Positions 59,423 to 64,000 of a DNA stretch of 64,000 bases are shown one piece after another. Position 1 is the first letter of the stretch. Each line of letters begins with the position of its first letter. A program made the position numbers and the translations under genes. Under the pieces are notes generated by a model. The model did no database searches. It saw only the letters and a program-made list of their open reading frames with translations, and had not been told where the DNA came from. Origin of the DNA: an uncultured bacterium (GTDB taxonomy: Bacteria > JAGOEH01); NCBI GenBank assembly GCA_964632485.1, contig CAZWDO010000015.1, forward strand, positions 1-64,000. The letters are read 5' to 3'.

Positions 59423-60034
59423 ATGAACAGACTACTTTTCATAGTTTATATTATAATTACAATAGGTTTGATCTACTGTAATAAAGATCAGACTCAAAAA
59501 GAATCAGCCGAGATGGAATTTCGAATTGACAGCAGTCTGATCGCCCAGGCGATTTTTGATGAATCTTTGTCCGTTGAATTCTGCCCCCTTCTTTCCTGGA
59601 CAGAATTTGATTCTGCCATGTTGCAAACGATACGGGAACAAACCGGTAAAAATGATGAAAACCATCTCAATATTGTTCTTCATCGCGCCTTTTTTCATCC
59701 CCGTAAACAGGGAATCATCACCTTTTCCAGACTTGATGGTGAAAGGGATACCCCTTGGGACTCTATATTAATTACCACTGCTTCAACCTATAAAAAACAG
59801 TATCCCAACGCAAAAATTGAGCAGACCCGTTTTCACCATCAAAATGCCTGGATTGATCAGATTATGTTGATAGATACGACTAACGTATTAATCAAATGGT
59901 ATATAGAGGACTCATTGAATATAAAAACTCACCGGGTTCAATTGGATATTATCGTTCCCGCAAAAGAATATAAAAACTTGTTGGACGAAATTGAATCATT
60001 CCTTGGATCTGTTAGAATAAAACATAAAATCTAA
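59423..60034 (+). CDS. Hypothetical lipoprotein
   Basis: Signal peptide ending LIYC; 203 aa. Confidence 0.65.
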   Translation: MNRLLFIVYIIITIGLIYCNKDQTQKESAEMEFRIDSSLIAQAIFDESLSVEFCPLLSWTEFDSAMLQTIREQTGKNDENHLNIVLHRAFFHPRKQGIITFSRLDGERDTPWDSILITTASTYKKQYPNAKIEQTRFHHQNAWIDQIMLIDTTNVLIKWYIEDSLNIKTHRVQLDIIVPAKEYKNLLDEIESFLGSVRIKHKI

Positions 60035-60038
60035 TTGC

Positions 60039-60536
60039 TTATTGTGGAAAATCCGGTGGACGGTGTTGAGATGGTTGGCAGGGGTGGATTTCGTTGAGCA
60101 TATCGCGAACCCGTTCCAGAAATTTTTCCTCAAAGACTAAAAACTGTATAAATTGGCGTTCATCTAATAATTTTGCAATTTTGTCACGGAATAATTTATT
60201 CTCGTCCATGATTTCATCATTTAATTGATCAAATTGTGTTAATAACCGTTCTTTGTCTTCATGGCGAAAGGTATTGGCGCGGGCAACTTTTTCCATATCT
60301 TCAATAATTTTACGCCGCTGGTGATGGAATTTTTTTAACTGATCGCGATGTTCGCGATATAAAGGAAACAATCCCGCCGTCTGCGCTTCATTCAGATGCA
60401 GTTCTTCCGTCATTTTAAGCAACCGCAAGGTGTTCGTACGCGCTTCCCGGATACTATCGTTCGCCGGTCTCTGCGCCAGGATCGGTATCCACAGCATAAT
60501 CAAAAACATCAACACTTGGCGAGGTAATTGATTCAT
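60039..60536 (-). CDS. Spy/CpxP-like periplasmic helical protein
   Basis: Signal peptide; EELHLNEAQ and LLDERQ LTxxQ-like motifs; third gene of ECF operon. Confidence 0.7.
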   Translation of the reverse strand: MNQLPRQVLMFLIMLWIPILAQRPANDSIREARTNTLRLLKMTEELHLNEAQTAGLFPLYREHRDQLKKFHHQRRKIIEDMEKVARANTFRHEDKERLLTQFDQLNDEIMDENKLFRDKIAKLLDERQFIQFLVFEEKFLERVRDMLNEIHPCQPSQHRPPDFPQ

Positions 60537-61108
60537 TGCGTTCCTCCCTCAATAGGCAAGACATGCCAATTATTTAGACTATTCTCTAATAGGTCCAGAT
60601 CATCAAGTTCCAAGTCTGAATCCAACAAATAAGAATTATTACTTACAACAAAGTCCGTACTATCAAAAAAAGAGTATTCAGCGGATAGATGGGACGCATA
60701 TTCGAGGCTGATCACTTCCCAGGCCAGTTGTTCTAAATTGGTTTTTGTTGAGTTTATGGGTGGGGGAGTTGTGAAATAATAATAGGCTCCCCAAAATAGG
60801 ATCGCGAAAAACAGAAAACTGACGACCGGACGTAAATTCTGGGAATAATGGGTACTTGATCGTCTCTCAGGATATTTGATATGTTGAAGAGTGGTGTAGG
60901 GCAGACGTTGAAACCAGGCTGAATCGGGGAAAACCGGGGATGTTTGTAAAACATGCTTCTTAATGCTTTTCAATTTTTCAAATTCTTGCCTGCACATCGG
61001 ACAATTGTTCAAGTGAGTTTCCAAATCCCGGTTTTGCTGATCGGTGAATTGACCGGGTTCAAATAGATAAACCGATACCTGTTCTTGAAAAGGACAATTT
61101 TTTTTCAT
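60533..61108 (-). CDS. Zinc-finger anti-sigma factor (zf-HC2) with TM
   Basis: HLNNCPMC (HxxxCxxC), single TM. Confidence 0.85.
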   Translation of the reverse strand: MKKNCPFQEQVSVYLFEPGQFTDQQNRDLETHLNNCPMCRQEFEKLKSIKKHVLQTSPVFPDSAWFQRLPYTTLQHIKYPERRSSTHYSQNLRPVVSFLFFAILFWGAYYYFTTPPPINSTKTNLEQLAWEVISLEYASHLSAEYSFFDSTDFVVSNNSYLLDSDLELDDLDLLENSLNNWHVLPIEGGTQ

Positions 61109-61620
61109 GGTACCTCCCGTTTAATTCGTTGAACAGCTTGAAAAAAATTGGAACGCGCCGCGCTTTCGCTGATTTTGAGAATCCCGGCAATCTCCTTAAA
61201 ACTCAATCCTTCATAAACCCGGCTGACAAATATGGCTTTTTGCCGCGGCGGCAGTTTTTGCATGGCCTTTTTCACCTGTTGTATATCTTCATCTTCAATC
61301 ATCATTTCCAGTGAATCCGCTTCTCCATGAGGTAACCAATTTTCGATTAGCTCCAGCGGCGTCCAGTGACGCCAGCGGCTCATCCTTAAATGACTGATTG
61401 CCTTGTTGACGGCTATCCGGTAAAAATAAGTATATAAACCGGATTTACCCTGAAATTGTTCAATTTTGTTATAACCCGCCAGTAAAGTGTCCTGTAAGAG
61501 ATCCTGCGCTGTTGAAACATCCTGAACCATCCGATAGATCACTAAATATAGCCTTTCCTGATAGGTTTTTACAAATTCAATGAACTCTTTTTCTGTTATT
61601 TTAGACGTTTCACTATCCAT
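61105..61620 (-). CDS. ECF sigma-70 factor
   Basis: AQDLLQDT, YRIAVN, LPPRQKAIF, LSFKEIA. Confidence 0.93.
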   Translation of the reverse strand: MDSETSKITEKEFIEFVKTYQERLYLVIYRMVQDVSTAQDLLQDTLLAGYNKIEQFQGKSGLYTYFYRIAVNKAISHLRMSRWRHWTPLELIENWLPHGEADSLEMMIEDEDIQQVKKAMQKLPPRQKAIFVSRVYEGLSFKEIAGILKISESAARSNFFQAVQRIKREVP

Positions 61621-61714
61621 TATGTTTAAAAAATAATTAAAATTTCCATAAATCAGGTAACCTTATGAGTGAAGTTAAATACGATGGTTGAAATCATTAC
61701 AAAACTTGTTTGTT

Positions 61715-63475
61715 TTAAATCAAACGAATACCCAGTTCAACCAACTGGCTGACAGCTATCTCCGAAGGAGAATTGGTTAATTGACAGTAACCAGCCGTAG
61801 TTTTCGGAAAAGCAATGACATCGCGGATCGATTTGCGGTTAGCCAATAACATCACCAGACGGTCCAGACCAAAGGCAATACCGCCGTGCGGGGGAGCTCC
61901 ATAGCGAAATGACTGCAATAGAAATCCGAATTTTTCTTCCGCTTCTTGTTCCTCAATGCCCAATAGATGGAACATCTCTTTTTGCATCTCCTGATCGTGG
62001 ATACGAATACTGCCTCCGGCAATCTCATTGCCGTTTAGTACTAAATCGTAGGCTTTGGCTTTAATCTGATCGGGCGAAACCGAACGCAATTCTTCAAGTG
62101 AAACCGTAGGACTGGTAAATGGATGATGGCATGCGATCCAACGTTTATCTTCCGGCGAGTATTCCAAAAGTGGGAAATCGACAACCCATGCAATGGCATA
62201 ATCAGTCAATGGCTGAATTTTTAATTGATCGGCCAGTTTAAGTCTCAATGCCCCGAGTCCTTTAAGCGCAGTTTCCTTCTTGTCGGCAAGTAATAAGATT
62301 GTATCGCCGACTTTAGCATCCGCGCGTTCCTGAATACGCTGAAACAGATCGTCATTCAGGAATTTTTTGATTGGCGATTCAAAACCCTGCTCCATAATTT
62401 TTATGGGAATCAATCCTCTAGCTCCAAAATCTTTTAAAAAATCAACCAACCCATCCATATCTTTACGAGAAAAATTGGTGTATTGATCGATACGAATCCC
62501 TCGAATCACACCTTTGGAAAGCAATGTGTCCTGGAATACTTTAAACTCGCTGCCTTCCAGTAAATCGGAAAAATCTACGATACGCATATCATAACGCAAA
62601 TCGGGTTTATCAGACCCATAATGTTCCATTGCCTCAAAATAAGTAATTTTTTTAAAAGGAGCTGCAATATCAATAGTAAGAGTCTGCTTGAATATATCCG
62701 AGACAAGTCCCTCAACAACAGAAAGAACGTCATCCCTTTCAATGAAACTCATTTCAATGTCAATTTGAGTGAATTCAGGTTGGCGGTCAGCGCGCAGGTC
62801 CTCATCGCGGAAACAGCGCACGATTTGGTAGTAGCGATCGAAACCTGAAACCATCAGCATTTGCTTGAAGAGCTGCGGAGATTGGGGGAGGGCATAAAAT
62901 TTTCCTTTTGATAAACGACTGGGAACTACAAAATCACGCGCACCTTCGGGGGTGCTACCAATAAGAAAGGGAGTTTCAATTTCTAAAAAACCAATTTCAT
63001 TGAGGTGGTTTCTGGTGATTTGAGCCACATTATTCCTTAGAATCAATGAATACTGCATCTCAGAACGGCGGAGATCAAGGTAACGGTATTTGAGACGTAA
63101 ATCTTCACGAACATCAATGTTGTCTTCGATGGGAAAGGGAGGGGTTTCGGCTTTGTTTAATATTTCCAACTTGAAACCGATAACCTCAATCTCACCGGTG
63201 ATCATTTTGGGATTGATCATGGATTCGGGACGCATTCGCACCCGGCCCTGAACGGCAATAACGTATTCAGAACGCAGGGAATCCGCCAAACTATGAGCCT
63301 TGGCATCCAGGCCGGGATCAAAAACAACCTGGCAGATTCCATAACGGTCCCGCAAATCAATGAAGATCACTCCGCCATGATCACGTCGTTTATTGACCCA
63401 ACCGTATAAAATTACATCATTATTATCATGAACAGGTCTCAATTCGCCACAAGTGTGAGAACGTTTTCCGAGCAT
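61715..63475 (-). CDS. aspS: Aspartate--tRNA ligase
   Basis: RSHTCG, RDHGG, FRDEDLRADRQPEF, PPHGG; start moved to ATG 63475 behind GAGGAG RBS. Confidence 0.97.
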   Translation of the reverse strand: MLGKRSHTCGELRPVHDNNDVILYGWVNKRRDHGGVIFIDLRDRYGICQVVFDPGLDAKAHSLADSLRSEYVIAVQGRVRMRPESMINPKMITGEIEVIGFKLEILNKAETPPFPIEDNIDVREDLRLKYRYLDLRRSEMQYSLILRNNVAQITRNHLNEIGFLEIETPFLIGSTPEGARDFVVPSRLSKGKFYALPQSPQLFKQMLMVSGFDRYYQIVRCFRDEDLRADRQPEFTQIDIEMSFIERDDVLSVVEGLVSDIFKQTLTIDIAAPFKKITYFEAMEHYGSDKPDLRYDMRIVDFSDLLEGSEFKVFQDTLLSKGVIRGIRIDQYTNFSRKDMDGLVDFLKDFGARGLIPIKIMEQGFESPIKKFLNDDLFQRIQERADAKVGDTILLLADKKETALKGLGALRLKLADQLKIQPLTDYAIAWVVDFPLLEYSPEDKRWIACHHPFTSPTVSLEELRSVSPDQIKAKAYDLVLNGNEIAGGSIRIHDQEMQKEMFHLLGIEEQEAEEKFGFLLQSFRYGAPPHGGIAFGLDRLVMLLANRKSIRDVIAFPKTTAGYCQLTNSPSEIAVSQLVELGIRLI

Positions 63476-63763
63476 GGTAAAATACTCCTCAGTTAAAATT
63501 TTATCAACCCGTTTGAAATTAGACAAATTCTAATTTATAATTTTTCTGATAAAATGTCAATAGAAATATTTGATTAGAAGTGGAAAGAATAGAGTGACGC
63601 TCAGGCAAGGGGAAGCGGAGGAAACCAAGACAGATAGAACCAGGGTTTATTTTGGTTTGCATAAGATATATTATGTAAACTAAGAATATCGATTGCCCTT
63701 CTCTCTCTTCCATTGATGCGATGTGAATATTCCCGTTTTTCTCTTCTAAATTGTAAATTGTTC

Positions 63764-63792
63764 TTGACTTAAATGAGTTTTAGTATTATATT
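63764..63792 (+). promoter_or_regulatory. Putative sigma70 promoter
   Basis: TTGACT-17 nt-TATATT. Confidence 0.5.
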
Positions 63793-63828
63793 CGGTCATC
63801 TTGTATGAAAGTGAGGAATTTTAACTAA

Positions 63829-64000
63829 TTGCCTGAGGAATCCAATACATTTCGCATTGAAGTCTTCGGCTGTCAGATGAATCAATATGATGCTGATCTT
63901 ATTAGCCGGATACTGATAACCCATGGTTTTCAACCAGTCGAAAAATCATCTCCTGAAACAGCTCAATTTATAATTTTGCAAACGTGTTCAGTAAGACAAC
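63829..64000 (+). CDS. miaB: tRNA methylthiotransferase MiaB, N-terminal part (runs off window)
   Basis: Not in ORF track. TTG start; FRIEVFGCQMNQYD...LQTCSVR. Confidence 0.85.
   Translation, partial: MPEESNTFRIEVFGCQMNQYDADLISRILITHGFQPVEKSSPETAQFIILQTCSVRQ

Noticed and set aside
63527-63720. Purine-rich tract and 64-aa ORF upstream of aspS; possible T-box or sRNA
   Set aside because: No T-box motif or terminator; ORF lacks RBS and family features
1-64000. CRISPR arrays, rRNA, intact transposases/integrases, known defence systems, and the many short antisense ORFs in the track
   Set aside because: None of the former seen; the short ORFs overlap well-supported genes

Overview
Bacterial chromosomal window, mostly AT-rich, probably from a diderm (OmpA domain, lipoproteins, beta-barrel; lineage not determinable from this window), with two short N-run assembly gaps (7909-7919, 53801-53810). 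It is largely housekeeping and envelope genes: Na+/solute symporter, ppk2, fhs, adenosine deaminase, pta, a divergent pyruvate kinase, M16 peptidase, split metH, tRNA-Pro(GGG), plsY, der, udp, a diguanylate cyclase, two phosphohexomutases, polysaccharide genes, galE, an ECF sigma/anti-sigma/Spy triad, aspS and the start of miaB. The most notable element is a six-gene operon (5553-12402): PspA/IM30 (bacterial ESCRT-III), a membrane-anchored solute-binding protein fused to a peptidoglycan-binding OmpA domain, a NitT/Tau-type ABC permease and ATPase, a TM coiled-coil protein and a classic-clade AAA+ ATPase with a Vps4-like pore loop. Also notable: an orphan sigma54-promoter/GNRA-hairpin/anti-SD/terminator unit that looks like an unannotated sRNA (about 46613-46756), an internally deleted phage MuF head gene at the left edge, and a ClC-CBS gene broken in a T9 tract. 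All family calls come from motif recognition by eye; no searches were run.
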